Positions 13,601-26,976 are shown, counted from the stretch's first letter. The stretch is DNA of 64,000 nt from Trichoplax adhaerens (GCF_000150275.1 NW_002060955.1:21240-85239), one strand, 5' to 3'. Made by a program: numbers and translations. Notes: a model not told the origin generated them from the sequence alone.

Positions 13601-13941
13601 ATGTCAATATTGGGTCATAATCTGCTTGATATTTTAGTATTCTCTTCAACTAATGCTTATTAGGTCATTAAAGATACACCTATATATTCTACATTGCGAC
13701 AAGAAATGAAAGAGGATGGTTGTAAGTGTCAATCTTGAATAGCATCTAATCTTCGTTATCGTCTTAATTTATACCCTGCTCGTCAATAATATAACAGCAG
13801 AAACTAGTAATTTGATGTTCTGTTCTTTATCATAACTCATTAAAAGCTTTAGAAAAAATTCGATACATAATAAAGATGAGTTCGAAAGCAAGTATTCGAG
13901 CGCGTTTACAGGGACTCCACGCTGAATTAGCTTCAAATTAA
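10625..13941 (+). CDS. Divergent importin-alpha (karyopherin-alpha)-like armadillo-repeat protein, 20 exons, 463 aa; 5' end uncertain
   Basis: Exons 10625-10666, 10818-10873, 10964-11005, 11079-11126, 11229-11311, 11395-11552, 11655-11741, 11828-11872, 11956-12030, 12161-12229, 12315-12401, 12519-12593, 12707-12754, 12842-12892, 12975-13049, 13161-13235, 13316-13357, 13443-13523, 13664-13721 and 13847-13941. All introns are GT-AG (73-151 nt) and the 1392 nt join into one open frame. The peptides are collinear with importin-alpha ARMs as recalled: LTSKSTPQEIYDAARIAR, NPEVQVELCRALNSL, GGVTESIELLSSPYPEVAYHAC, LYPVFNDLIWYNDREVIVNVC, ETSLTALMNLT, SIFDAKLLKRVLQIL, IISGIIDGGDVSQNVYLAKIGVVTALC, EDGSLEKI. 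Confidence 0.85.
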
Positions 13942-14220
13942 ACGTATACATCTGGTACGATATGTAGGCACTTTACTACGTTAAATCCTAATGCAAAGAT
14001 TTGAAAACCGAAGCCGATTAATCCTATGTATGATTGAATTTTGAATATTTAGGCCAAGGTAAACTTGTTTAAGTGCATACGTTTATGATATCTTGTACAA
14101 AGACCAATTTGAACAAATGGCTAGGATTTCATGCCGAAATGTAACATGAATATTTAGTGTTGCAATTAACATTAGATATAATATATTAAAGCTTACAGGC
14201 TACCTGTAGAGCGGCTGTCT

Positions 14221-16536
14221 CTATAATGTATTAGAAATTATAATCGGGAATTTTAATTGTAAAGTTTTGGAAGATGGAATATTTACAAATATCTAGAAGA
14301 GATAGATTATATAAAATTAATTGATTATTTTAGTATGAAAATAAAAGCTAGTATTGACGAACATGAAGATATTTGATATAGACTATAAATTACCCAGCGA
14401 TACAAATTCTTGGTGTTGAACAATTGATATTACATTAATTATTTTACCTTCAAATAGTACTCCACTTTCAAAATATCCACCTTTGTATTGGTTGGGGACA
14501 CATCGGGTACTGTAATTACATGATCATTCCAGATCGCCCTTCCATTTGGTCGAATGGCTTCTCCAGAGGTAGATAAGCAATATACAACCTTATCTCTGTA
14601 ATAACGACCTTATAGCAAGATATACGAAGTGATTTTTGCGTAAAATGATAGGTGCACTACCCGTATATATATAATTCTAATAATTCGGTCAATCCAGTTA
14701 GAACAAACCTTCTGCTTCCCGATTGATAGTTTGCACGAATCCGGCCCAAATACCTGATAACGTTAGATTTGTGCCATTTTCCACTTGCGATGTAATAATT
14801 TTAATATCTTGACCTATTCTACATGCTGTTCGATCAATCTGTGCCCTTAGCAGCAAAGGGCCCGACTTACAACAAAAGCAACAGAGTGTTTTTTCAGTCT
14901 CCACCATTTCTGAAGGCGCCTGGACGAAAATTTATTTACGATTACAAACTGAAGAAGTTATCAAAATCACCGTAAGAATTATTAAAGAAAGGAAATATAG
15001 CTATGCTTGCAGTAATCTAAGATTGCTCTCGGATTGCCAAAATAAGTAGTAAAAATCACTTTATGCATATCTTAACAGTGATCGCATAAAGTCAAGAAGA
15101 ATCTGTAAACGTACTAAAAATAAAACGGTATCCTATCAAAAACTATGAGATCTTATAATTTCATTCTATTTAAGAATTAAGAGATAAGCTTGAAAGTAAT
15201 TACGGTATCCTATCGAAATTATGAGATCTTACAATTTCATTCTATTTAAGAATTAAGAAATATGCCCTTGCATTTATGTATGCAAATTTAATAGTACGGT
15301 TTGCAATATTTATTAGTATCATAACATGTGAAAGATGAAGCTAGTCACTGCTGCAAGTAATGATTATAAAGTGGTTTCTTTTTCATTTGAGTGTACATCA
15401 GAGTAGAAATAGAATGCCATATTTTAAAGATCGAAAAATGCAGAAACTGGTTATCTAAATCACTCCCAAATATGTACAAAGCAAACTAACTGATAATGAC
15501 AGTCACTTCCGTATAAGACCCGTGATCATAGATTAAAACCTCTGCGATTTTCTCGACTGTTGTTTAAGGCTAATATTTAAAAAATGTTTGCTTATCGTTT
15601 GTTTCAAGATATATCTTCGCGATTTAATAAGCATAATGTTTAGATGAAACTTTATAACTCTTGACATTGCATACTATTAAATTATCTATGACAAGAAATA
15701 TCTTAACTCAATTTAAGACCATCGCTAACTTACCATGAGATGACTAAGACGTGAAGGCATAGTTTCATGATAGAGGAATATTTTCTTAAATTTAACCTTC
15801 CTAGTCATAGATTCATGCGATATTAAATAAGATTTAATCATGTAACGAATGCTATTGCCATATAAACCCTCGAAGGTAGATGGTAGTTGGATTTTCGGCA
15901 ATTGAAAAGCGAAGGTAAAGTTGTATTTTCCAGGAAATAGAACTCCTGGGTTTTCCACTGTTTCAGTATCTAAACCGATGTTCAAGATAAATTAATAAAT
16001 AGTCAGTTAGGCTGGAACAGATAAAGTAAATCAGAATTTTCCACTTCAAATTAAAGAAATAGAAGAGACAAAGTTCGTATTGTGATCAGGAATGATCGAA
16101 ATATTAAAAATAGTATTTCGCTTCTAAAAATTTTTACAGAAAGGTGGTACCTCGTTCAAAGCGATAATTTATATTGAGCAATTCTCATCTACTGATTTGC
16201 AGACATTAAAATAATGAACAGGCTTAAAATTACTACTATAAATGTTAACTAAGGAAATGACCCAAGTAAAAGATTACCGGTACTTAACATACCTTCTGTA
16301 CTTGCGGTGATCATGGAATCAATAATATTACGCTTACTGTAAGCGTATCTCAAATCGTTTGTAGGTCCATACTGAATTTGAGTCTTCGCTCTGCCATGAA
16401 TTCGAACTTGAATACATTGAATTGTTAACGGATTTTTCAATTCTAAATGAATATGTCCAGATACAATATCACGAGCATGATAGATTTCTTGTAAATCATC
16501 GAGAAATATATAATAGGATAGAATTGTTTGAGGCAT
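14221..16536 (-). CDS. Alpha-arrestin gene 2 (inverted, no C-terminal tail), 5 exons, 307 aa
   Basis: Exons 16536-16293, 15969-15734, 14919-14709, 14608-14448 and 14292-14221, GT-AG with phases 1,0,1,0. Motifs GKYNFTFAFQLP, LPSTFEG..GNSIRY, LCCFCCKSGP, VSPTN, LKVEYYLK and FPIIISNTL*. Confidence 0.9.
15125..15258. repeat. Direct duplication (77-bp period, 2 copies) in intron 2 of arrestin gene 2
   Basis: ACGGTATCCTATC...TGAGATCTTA.AATTTCATTCTATTTAAGAATTAAGA at 15125 and 15202. Confidence 0.85.
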
Positions 16537-19500
16537 AATAATTGTTTAAAAAAATTTGTAGCACCAAATCAAAATGCGGTTTTGGCCTTTTAATGAGCGA
16601 TGGTCAGTTACACTTATTTTGCTATTCTTGTGCAATCTTGTACAAAGAGTAAGCTAATATCTATGCTTGTAAACAAGTTTACCAGAATCTTTGCTAAAGT
16701 AGAGGCATATAACCTTTCTGTTGCTGTACAGGTTTATTGCTAAATACGTCAGCGTCAAAATTTACACATCTTAAGGTTTAAATTCGATGAGAAAAAAAGT
16801 TTAAAATTAGCAGGATATATAAATTGAGGATGGATCTTTGATTGCACGATATTTGATAATATTACCAATTTATAATTGAAATGGTTATCATTATTAGATC
16901 TACAGCGAACAGAAGATTCATACGAATGGTAATGATTTAAACATATTGTATACTTAATTTAATTTACTACCATGTACAGTGTGTGTTTATGTAATTGCTT
17001 TGAACAGGCACACTCTATTTCGTATGTTCGCTAAAATATTATATGGCTTGTAAGAGCAATCCAATAGAAAAGGCCTTTCATTATATAAATTATACAACTG
17101 CTTAAGAGACTGCGTGGAAAACAATATGTTTAATGTTCGCAAGGAATGTTGTTATCAATTTAATTGGATTTAGTGAAAACTGGCGTAGTGATATTAATAA
17201 CAAAGCATTCGTTTTCGGATTATTACAGTACTCGCATGTGATAAAATAACGTAACTCATATCTTCTTTACATTTCTTAGCATTAGATGGTAGTTAATTTG
17301 TTTACCCCACATAAGACCAGAGACTTTCCGTTTTAAGGCTACTCATTAATTTAATTAATGAAATTGTTTCTGTTGGCTTTTAAGTTTCTGTAGAGTTATC
17401 TTTAACGCATCATCAGTAAGTCTATAACGTAGGATCTGATATATTTTCATACACCATGTTTCCAAAGGCCATTGTGGGTCAAAGTAATCGAATGGTGCCT
17501 AAGTTACGGATTTACAACGAAAACATTTTAATCTATTTACGGTATGATCTGACGCGTTTAGTTCCATATTTCATCTATCTTAATAATTAATTAACCGTTA
17601 GAGATTGTTAATACCACAAAAAAGTGTAAACGCAACCCTAACAGGCTTTAGGCTAAGACTACTGATTATGATTTTACAAAACATGAAGTAAACTTTAGTT
17701 GACCTTTGCAGATAGCATTTAGTAAAAGAAGTCGATTAGAGTCCATAGGTTATCGATATTAACCAAGACGAGACCTACTTAGAAGAATAAGCGACTGATT
17801 CAGAATCTCTGCTTTATTTTAATTTTGCTAATTTGTACGTATATGAAACAAGCAACTAAATTTACTAGTATGCTCGATTGCATTCTAAGACTTGAAACTG
17901 AAATCAATGTAAAGTATAACAAAAACCTGATGGTGCGATTTTTATTGTTCTCGTATTACAGAACTACATAATCGTATGTAACAGATATTAGAAAATTCGA
18001 GTTTTTCTAGTATATTTTATCGATTTATAAAGCATAAAGTACAATAATGGCGCGATACGAGGTGTAGTTTGTCGAAATTAGAGAAAATATTTTTTGATAT
18101 AGGTTTAATTATATACTTTAGCTGATTACAACTGACGATTATTATAGTTTATCTGCCTTATCATGTATGCAACGATGATTCTACATAGATATGAGTATCC
18201 GAGGTTAAGCAGCAGGCACAGTAATCTATCAGACAGCAAACTCTGCCGAAAAGATATTGTTCTGAGTTATATAAATCTCCAAATCTCAGATTAATTTTTT
18301 AATTTTCAAAATTTTATACGTAATGAACATCTTAGACTGTGGTATAATATTTCCTTTACGAGTTCGTTAATTAGGATTAAAACTAATCCTAATAGTGTTT
18401 GAAACAGTATCCGCAGTACTAGAGCTAGAACATTAAGTAGAGCAAAAGTGCTGATTAAAGTATACACACCAGTTCACGTAGGCTGTGGAGTGAATAATCT
18501 AGTTACAAACATTAATGAAATTTTCTTTACAAGTGTATCGCGTAAAATCAAGCCGTAATGAGTCGAGCTGATAATTGCTACTTCTGGACTATAAGCCGCT
18601 AAGAAGTAACCTTTATACTGCCGTAAATATTAGTTGAAAGCTTTTTCTTACTATAAATAATATTCAAGGTACTATATAAAGATGAAAATTTTAACTACGG
18701 TGCATCTCAGGGGCGAATTTAATCAACTTATTTTTTATTAAATTTTCTATAGCTTATTGTATAATAATAACCATAAAGTATGGAATGGAAAATGATGAGA
18801 ATTTTTTTAAAATTTGGGAAATGGAAACAAGAACATGCTGATTATTCTAGCTACAATATTATTTCTAGATAGCAAACACTGGCTATATGAATCAAATCTT
18901 ACTACAGCTATGTTTTATCTCAAATTTACGCGGCGTCGTTTTCAGAAAAAGGTTACAAAGACGTAGAGGGACTACAAAAGGCAGAGAAGTACACTCTTAA
19001 ATACAAAATATATCTTTAAGTGTAAGCTCGCGTGTCTTAATTACTATTCGACGTTAGGAAGATCTGTCACCTTTGCCTCGAAAGAAGTTGAAGATATCGA
19101 AAAAGGTCTTAGCTATAGCCGCGATACATCAGATCTTACTATTTACTAGTTTACAGTATTAAGGGATCGACTAGGTAGCATGGCTATTGTATGTCGATCC
19201 ATTCATTTATTCTGTATAAGATGTTAGCGATTAATTGTATTTATAAATATTTATTTCGCAATGTTTTCGATTTCTGTCAAATTGTATGTAGCATGACAGA
19301 TTAACGATTATCAAAACCATCTCGAAACATACCGTAATTGATGGTACTATTTTGTATCAGTGTCTATAACATTAGCTCTAGGGCATATTTTTGTATAGAA
19401 AGTCATTAGAAATATCAAAACATACTATATGATCATAAACTAAATGTCAACAATCGCATCTAACTCCATCACGTGCCTATGATCGATATAAATTGATTCC

Positions 19501-20335
19501 ATGACAGTTGTGGCTCCACCTGTTGTTATGGAAACGTTATATTTGCTTTACATGATTCTATTTTATTAATTTTAGCATAAATTAAGCCATAATCAAAGCT
19601 GAATGATGTACTGTTCTACATTGACGTTAGCTATTTGTAATAGTGGTAAACTATCAGATGTAAATAAATCGGGCAAAATTTAAGAAAGATATTGCATGCT
19701 CTATGAGGTTTATAAAAGTAGAAATGTTACACAAAATGACATTAAAAATAAGGAATATGAGTACATTTAGATCATGCGGCACTTGCAACAAAGACTCATT
19801 GCATACATTAACGAATTGAGGTGTCTGTTCACATCTGGTACAAGTTTAAGTAATAGTAGACAATTCATATTCTAAATTTATTCAATTAAACTATGGACTA
19901 CCCAACAATGTGTATACTCATAATAGAATGTAAATTGAAATTACGGTTAATCATTATTCATTAATACAAACATTTACTTTATCTAATGACTAAATAACTG
20001 CATATTTTGTATTGTGATTATCTATTGACAGTTCTATGAATCATTCTATTCCATTTGTTCTTGCGTAACGAAGATTGCAAGGGAATCAATAGGTGCATAG
20101 TAACAAATAACAAAACCTATATGATTACGCTTAGACTCTTTCATGAATATTCCCCATTACATGAAGATAGTATAAAACCTCTATAGATCAATTTTTTATC
20201 ATACATCACAACATAGACAATCTTGAATGAAATTTAATGATGTTAAATGTGGATTTTACCTTCTTTGAAAGCTAAAACTACCTTAAAATAAATCATCTGA
20301 AGCATGAGTATTGTGATATAGAACTTGAATCCAAC

Positions 20336-23300
20336 ATGACGGTGAAAATAAAGAGCTACACGATTAATTTTTCTAAGAATCAAAAAGCCTATTTCCCCGG
20401 ACAAACAATATCTGGTGTTGTAACTATCGTACTGACTGAATCAACTCGAATTAAATCCATAAAAATTGGCATTTTTGGAGAAGCCAAGACTCGAATTGCT
20501 TACAAATCTGGTGATGATACTAAAACCGCTTATCAGAACCAAAAATTTCTGGAACATGTTGTGACTGCTTTTACTAGTGGTAAGTTATTTTTCGACACTT
20601 TTTTTTCAAAAATTTATACTATAACTTTCCTTATAACTATCCTTAAGCTACTTTCAGTTTGCTTCTATTTTGCCATAGTACAACATTTTTCGATGGCTTA
20701 TTAATTTTGTATTGACTATTATTTTCTTAAGTTAAGGTATAGCAGATTATATCTCTGAAATTTTTTATTAATGAGACTGTAATACCAACCTGATCTAACT
20801 ATTTTGTAGATATGAGTATGCTTTAGTGAAAATTTAAAGACACTGAATTAAATCTGTAAATGTACGCTATTCGAAATGGAATTAAGATATTGTTTCATTT
20901 ACATTCTTGCTTGATCGTAGAAATGGGTAATCAATTGTAAATCTATCTGTACTAATTTCTCATTAATATTTGATTTTACAATAAGATTAGAAGTTACAAA
21001 TTATCTAAATTCTTAATTACTTTATGTATTGACCGTATAGATTAAATTTTGATACGGTTTAGCTTACATAAATTGCCATTTTGTAATGTGTTGAAATGGC
21101 AACATAGTATTAGACCAGAATTATATTTATTCTGATACCATGAAAGCAAGTAATTTCGATTCCATTCAACAGAGACCTTAAACATCTGTCTTCTGAAATG
21201 TTTACTAGATCGTAACGACAAGAATCTTGAGAATCATCTTTTACTTGCTGGACAATATCGTTATCCATTCGCATTTCGGTTACCAACGTCTGATATTCTT
21301 CCATCAACTTTTGAGTCTATCCAACCGGGCAACTCTATTCGTTATTTAGTCGAATCATGGATAGAGTTACCGCTTAGAGTGCCCCCAATATGCAAGAAAC
21401 CATTCACATTTCTTCAAGTAATTGATTGTAATGCACCTAACTTTGTGGTAAGTTATTTCAAAAGTAAAATTATATTTAACAATTGCTATCCATAATTACC
21501 TAAAATTTTTTCATTCACTAATACCAACAATGATACTACTTAGTCATTATTACCTACTAGTAAGTCATTGTCAGTTTAGATAATGAAGCTCTAAAATTCT
21601 TAATATTAACTATATCAAACTGTTGAGAGTAATTTACACCAGCTTACTAAGATTATAGAAAAGCGATTACTAGTTTATCATGCAATTTATGAAAGCAATT
21701 TTTACATGTTAGCAGTAGTCATATTTATTTATGATGTGAATCATTCTTTCCATAACGTTATAAATTAGGAACCTCCGCTACCGCTAGAGAATGAAAAAAG
21801 CATATGTTGTTGGTGTTGCCAGTCAGGACCACTTATTATTCGAGCAGCAATCGACAAAAAAGCTTTTGTGCCTGGGGAAAAAGTAACTCTATTAACAGCT
21901 GAAATTGAAAATTATACAGACAGAAATATGAATGGAATAGCAATTTCCTTACTACAAATGGTTACTCGAAGAGCGAAAGGTATATTATCTACAGTATTAT
22001 TGAATGAAGTAATAGCTAATTAGTTAATTAAAGATTAGTGGAAATACCTGAATATGCGTATTTATTGCATAATAGCGTTGTTGAGATGTATTTAAATTTT
22101 ATGCCGAATTAGTAATTAATGCGAATTATTGTTAGGTCATGTTCGCGTGGAACAGAAATCTTACGCTTCCTTAGCACAATCCGAAACTATTAAACAGGGT
22201 TGCAGCTTTACTTGGAATGATAAAAGTATCACTATTCCTTGTCTACCCCCTACAAACTCATTATCAAATATTTTGAAAGTAGAATACTTCATAAAGGTTA
22301 AATTTGTCGAAATATATCTTTAAATTATTAAACGTAATTTGAATGGTTTAACATCAAATTATCGAACTATTAAAAAAGTGATAGAATATTTCATTTCTCA
22401 GGAAAAATTTAAGATTAACTTCAAACTTGTTATTATAATACCATATGTATAGGTTGAAGTGATAGTTCCTTTTGGGTTAAATTTAGAAGTTCGATTTTCA
22501 ATCGAAATAGGAACAATTCCCAGACGTGAATTGTTAAATAGTGTCGATAAACATGAGCAGCAACCCACAGAAGATGATTCAAAGGAGCAACAAAATTCTG
22601 CGAAGACTGATAATCCAGCATTGGATCTCTCTTTACCCGAAGCACAGAAGATTAGTGTCTTACCTCGACTTAGTGAGTTAAGTCCAGAGACAAACGAGAG
22701 ACGTTCAACGATTTCATTCAAACGTCTACCGCCGATAGAATCATCAGTTTCTGCACCGGGCTCAAGAAAATCTTCTATTGGTTAGTAAAAGCAATATCTT
22801 AATTTATACCAAAAAGATTAAAAGAAAATTAGCTACAGCTTTTGTTTAATCATTAAAAATCAATCTATTTCCCTTCTATATGAATTTGGTGTAATAAAAT
22901 CCCATCTTCTATCTTTAATTCGAACGCAAACACATTACTTCTCTATACTTTAATGCATTTGTTACTGTGAAATATCAAATCTATAATACGCTCAAGGGAT
23001 ATTGATAAAAAAAGCATGCGTAATCCAAGCTAAATTTCTATTTATCAAAATCTGTGGATACCTTGCAATAATATAATTTATGTTCTATCTCGAAAACAAT
23101 TAAAAGATGAAAAAATCTTTTCAAATTTCACGGTTATATTCTATTCTCTATTTCCTCCCTTTTTGAAATCATTTTAATTCTAGTAGCTATATCTATATTA
23201 TATTGTATGAGAAACCTGTAGTACAATAGAATAGAGAAGGATATGCTTTCAAATCCTAGTCAAAGAGTTTCACTTTTCGAAATTTTGTACCAATAATAAA

Positions 23301-23761
23301 CTGAACTGGTATAGTACAGTAAACTACGAGAGAAATACTAGAGAAGTACCAGTTACTTCATAAGGTAGATATAAAACTGAATAAGAATTTTACTTCAAAT
23401 TCTCAGTATTTGATAGCTTATGCAGAAGCCACAATAATAACTAAAATACGATAAAAAATATTGTTCGCTTTAAATAACCTAAGATGTTGCATATTTTTAA
23501 TAAAATTTAAGGTATTGTAAAGAAGAAGGATAAAATATAATAATAGAAAATTTTTATCATTATTTATAAATAGATGCTACACATGAACAACAACAAGAAC
23601 TTGCTGATACCGTTACAAACTTAAGTCTTCCTAATAGAAATTGTGTTGAAGGTCATGTTGATTTAAAGACTGAAAGATTTCCCGACTGTGAATTAGTTGG
23701 TGATTCTTCTTATACTCCGCAGTATCCATATTACAATCCGGTAAAATCACATAAAGTCTAA
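20336..23761 (+). CDS. Alpha-arrestin gene 3, 6 exons, 456 aa
   Basis: Exons 20336-20579, 21209-21447, 21769-21979, 22136-22296, 22453-22780 and 23574-23761, phase-compatible GT-AG. Motifs AYFPGQTISG, GQYRYPFAFRLP, LPSTFE, ICCWCCQSGP, LPPTN, ILKVEYFIK and IEIGTIP; ends YTPQYPYYNPVKSHKV. Confidence 0.9.
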
Positions 23762-26119
23762 AAGAAAGGTTTAAATATTATATATTAAAGATGAAGGGTA
23801 ATTTCGCTGATATAGTCAGCCAGATCATTGATATCCTGCTATTGATTTTAGCCTGTGGATACTTTATTGATTGTCTTTGTTTAATCAAATAGTTATTATC
23901 GGATTTAGTACCACTAATACAACTCAAATATGAATCGATTTCGAGAAAGCAATTCCAACTAGCTTACGTTAATACTGCTATAATTCAATCAAAATCCTTT
24001 CATCAAGAAAACAGTTATATTGTTTCGTTACTTCCTTATAAAATCCATACGTTTATTCATTTGATTAATTATCTAATAAATTTATACGACAAATAATGAA
24101 TAGAGATGTTTATTAGATTAAAATTGAAAAGATTTAATTTCTATCAATTTTATACCGTTGCTAGAAGATTGATTCTAGGATATAAAATCAGTACAAACGG
24201 AATTCCAGTGTCTTATGTAGTGCTTTAACTTAATCAACTGAATATATTATTATATAATTAATTCAAGACAGAAAATTTTAAATTTACCCGCTATCCATTC
24301 TACATTTTGGTAAAACAAAACTGTATTTAACGATCTATTCAAATAATAGCTAGCTTGTTAGATTAATTATCTTATTCAACATTACCTATAGATTATGCAA
24401 ATTTGTGTACATGAATATTTTGGCAGTTAAGACAGAAGCACTTTCTTGATGCTATACTTCTTTAAAGTATACGAAGTGAATTAAATATATCTGTATTAAA
24501 ATTCTGTGACATTGTTCAAAAAATTTTTAATTTGCAGTTGATATTTGTAAATGACGTTCCAAAGTCAAGTTTATGCTATACTACGTGTTTTCTAAGACAT
24601 ATGTAAATAGCAGTATTAAATTTATATAATGATAATTTTTGTGATTATTAGTACACGTTATGAAAAGAATGATTTCATCTGAATTATTAAACTGGAGTTT
24701 GTAGATTAAATAACTTTACCAGATAGAATTTTTATTGCTCATTACAGCCTAATATCATAGCTTACGGTAGCTTTGGGCTATCCGTTTATGTTATGTTATG
24801 CAGAACTTATCTAAAATAACACTTCATGACAGATGGGAAAAATTGTTTCAGTCAATGATGCACTGAGGTACAAATTGATAATGAAGGATCTTGTACCACA
24901 GAATGACTAAATAAAAACATTGAAGTACGCCATTAAGAGTTTTATTCTTACGATCTCATCTAGTTATTGCTCCTACTAGCTTGATTACACATTCAATGTG
25001 GAAATGAGCTGTTCTACAAAATGGTTTGCCTAAAAATGCAAACATTTTACCAAACAGCCAATACAGGTGCAACTAAGTAATACAGTATCTTGGTTACTAT
25101 TAAATCTAAATTATCGTGAAGGTGATTTCATACGTTACATTTCTCTCCCTATTTTCGAACTACTATACACGTATGTACCATTTGCTTATAAACCCCTTGT
25201 TTTATTCGGTATTCAAATAGATTTATATTTATTATCATTTCTATTTACTAGTACGGATAAAGATGCATATTCCGCTTGTAATCTCCTTCTTTCTAGAGAA
25301 GCTTTTGCTATTTGAGCTATTGCGCGTAATTTGTGTTATTGATAAAAGGTGGTCTATTTGTGTTGCATACCATACGTATTCTGACACAATCACATTTTTG
25401 TGGGTATGGAGATACGCAGTCAAGTCAATCTAAGCTAGTCTTGCAATTAACAGCATGTAGGAGTCAAAATTTATTTTAAAGAGGTTTGGACTACGGAGAG
25501 AGTACCAGTACAACACTACAACACCTTTTAGATGTTCCTCGACTAGCACTCCATTGAAATTATTGAAACCGCTCTGCAACTTCGTTTTGATTATGTTTGT
25601 ATAACGAAGAATGTATAATTCATTTTTAAGCAATCACGCCATCACCGTACTAAACTGCTATGATTAAGTGAACTTCAACACTAAATCAAGAAGTACAGTT
25701 TCTTGTCAATTTTACTGTATTACCTATGTTCGGTTCGTCTAACGTCTACCAAGGACTATCTGATTATCTGAATTATTAGAGTAAAATTCACGTTTGTATA
25801 ATATAATTCGTAACAGAATACTTTTTAGCTAGACAATCACATCTTGCCAGTGCAGACGCAAACAGTTTAAACGATTCTCCGAAAATCTTGGATCGTAATC
25901 TAAGCTATAGTCGGGGCTGCACTACAACTACTAATGTACAATATCAACACCAAGCTTTATCAGATCGACATCATATCGATACAGTAATTTTGTTGATTGC
26001 CCAAAGTGGCCCTGTCGATCCTGTAGCTAAATGGCAGAAAAAGCAATTGCACTCCTATCGCCAGTTTCGAAAGAAAGGATATATTAACTGTGACAGTATG
26101 GATTATTTTACACGCTCGT

Positions 26120-26250
26120 CGAATACAGTACTGTACCTTAGTGGCGCAGCGTATACTTTCCGCACTTCTGTCCAGCAGTTGCATACAGTACAACGTACTG
26201 TAAAGTGGGCAGTATGGTACTGTACTGTACTGCACAGTACTGTACTGGAG
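26120..26250. repeat. Low-complexity TACAG/CTGTA pentamer-rich tract
   Basis: Example: GTACTGTACTGTACTGCACAGTACTGTACTG. It explains the overlapping C/T/V/Y-rich ORFs on both strands. Confidence 0.65.
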
Positions 26251-26976
26251 TTCATAGCACCCATAATGGCATTTTTGTTTTTGACCTCCATCAGGTAGAA
26301 GTCATAGAACCATGGCGGATTTTACTCCACCTGCATGATTAGAACGATCAGAACTGCTGCAGAGGCAAAAGAAATGACTCGTTTTTGCTTGTGTGATAAA
26401 ACAATGTACAGTATACAGTATTGCTAGCAGTTCATTTCATTCAGTATCCAATGATAGACAATCCATTTAACGTTAGTCCGTGACCGATTGCAGCACTGTC
26501 TCTACAGACTGTCAAGTGGACAGTAAACGTATTGGACAAAATGCATCACGTTCTATACAAGACATACAGGCTGGCATGATAGTATACCTTACTATACAGT
26601 ACGGCAATCGGTGACTGTCAGTCCATTATTTGACTTCCAGTCATAGCAATAGTGAAAGGAAGAAAACCCACCAGGATAAACATTTCCTTGCATGGTGGGT
26701 GAGAGTAATAGCAAATCTTTTACATCGCAGCGTTGTCATTTTGTGTTGTAACTGGGATCACTTGCCATTCCATCATTGGGTAACAATCGTCAATGTTATT
26801 TCGTTGTTAACCTTTTAAATTGGCTGAATAAGGACTCCCTTGAGTGGTCCTATTACTATCCTTTCGTTTGCAAAGTTAGACTTCTCGTTGAGGTCGCAAC
26901 AACTACCTCATTACAAAGTGCATTCGAAACTTTTACTCTACAACAACTATACGTTATCGCTATTGGATATATCGGC

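Noticed and set aside
13769-13951. Minus-strand ORF as the missing tail exon of arrestin 2
   Set aside because: It is the antisense shadow of the last ARM-gene exon and has no PY motif.
18870-19150. Coding-looking stretch between arrestins 2 and 3
   Set aside because: Only short open frames, with no recognisable homology.
25888-26298. 136-aa ORF and overlapping minus-strand ORFs
   Set aside because: They are largely produced by TACAG low-complexity sequence and show no domain signal.
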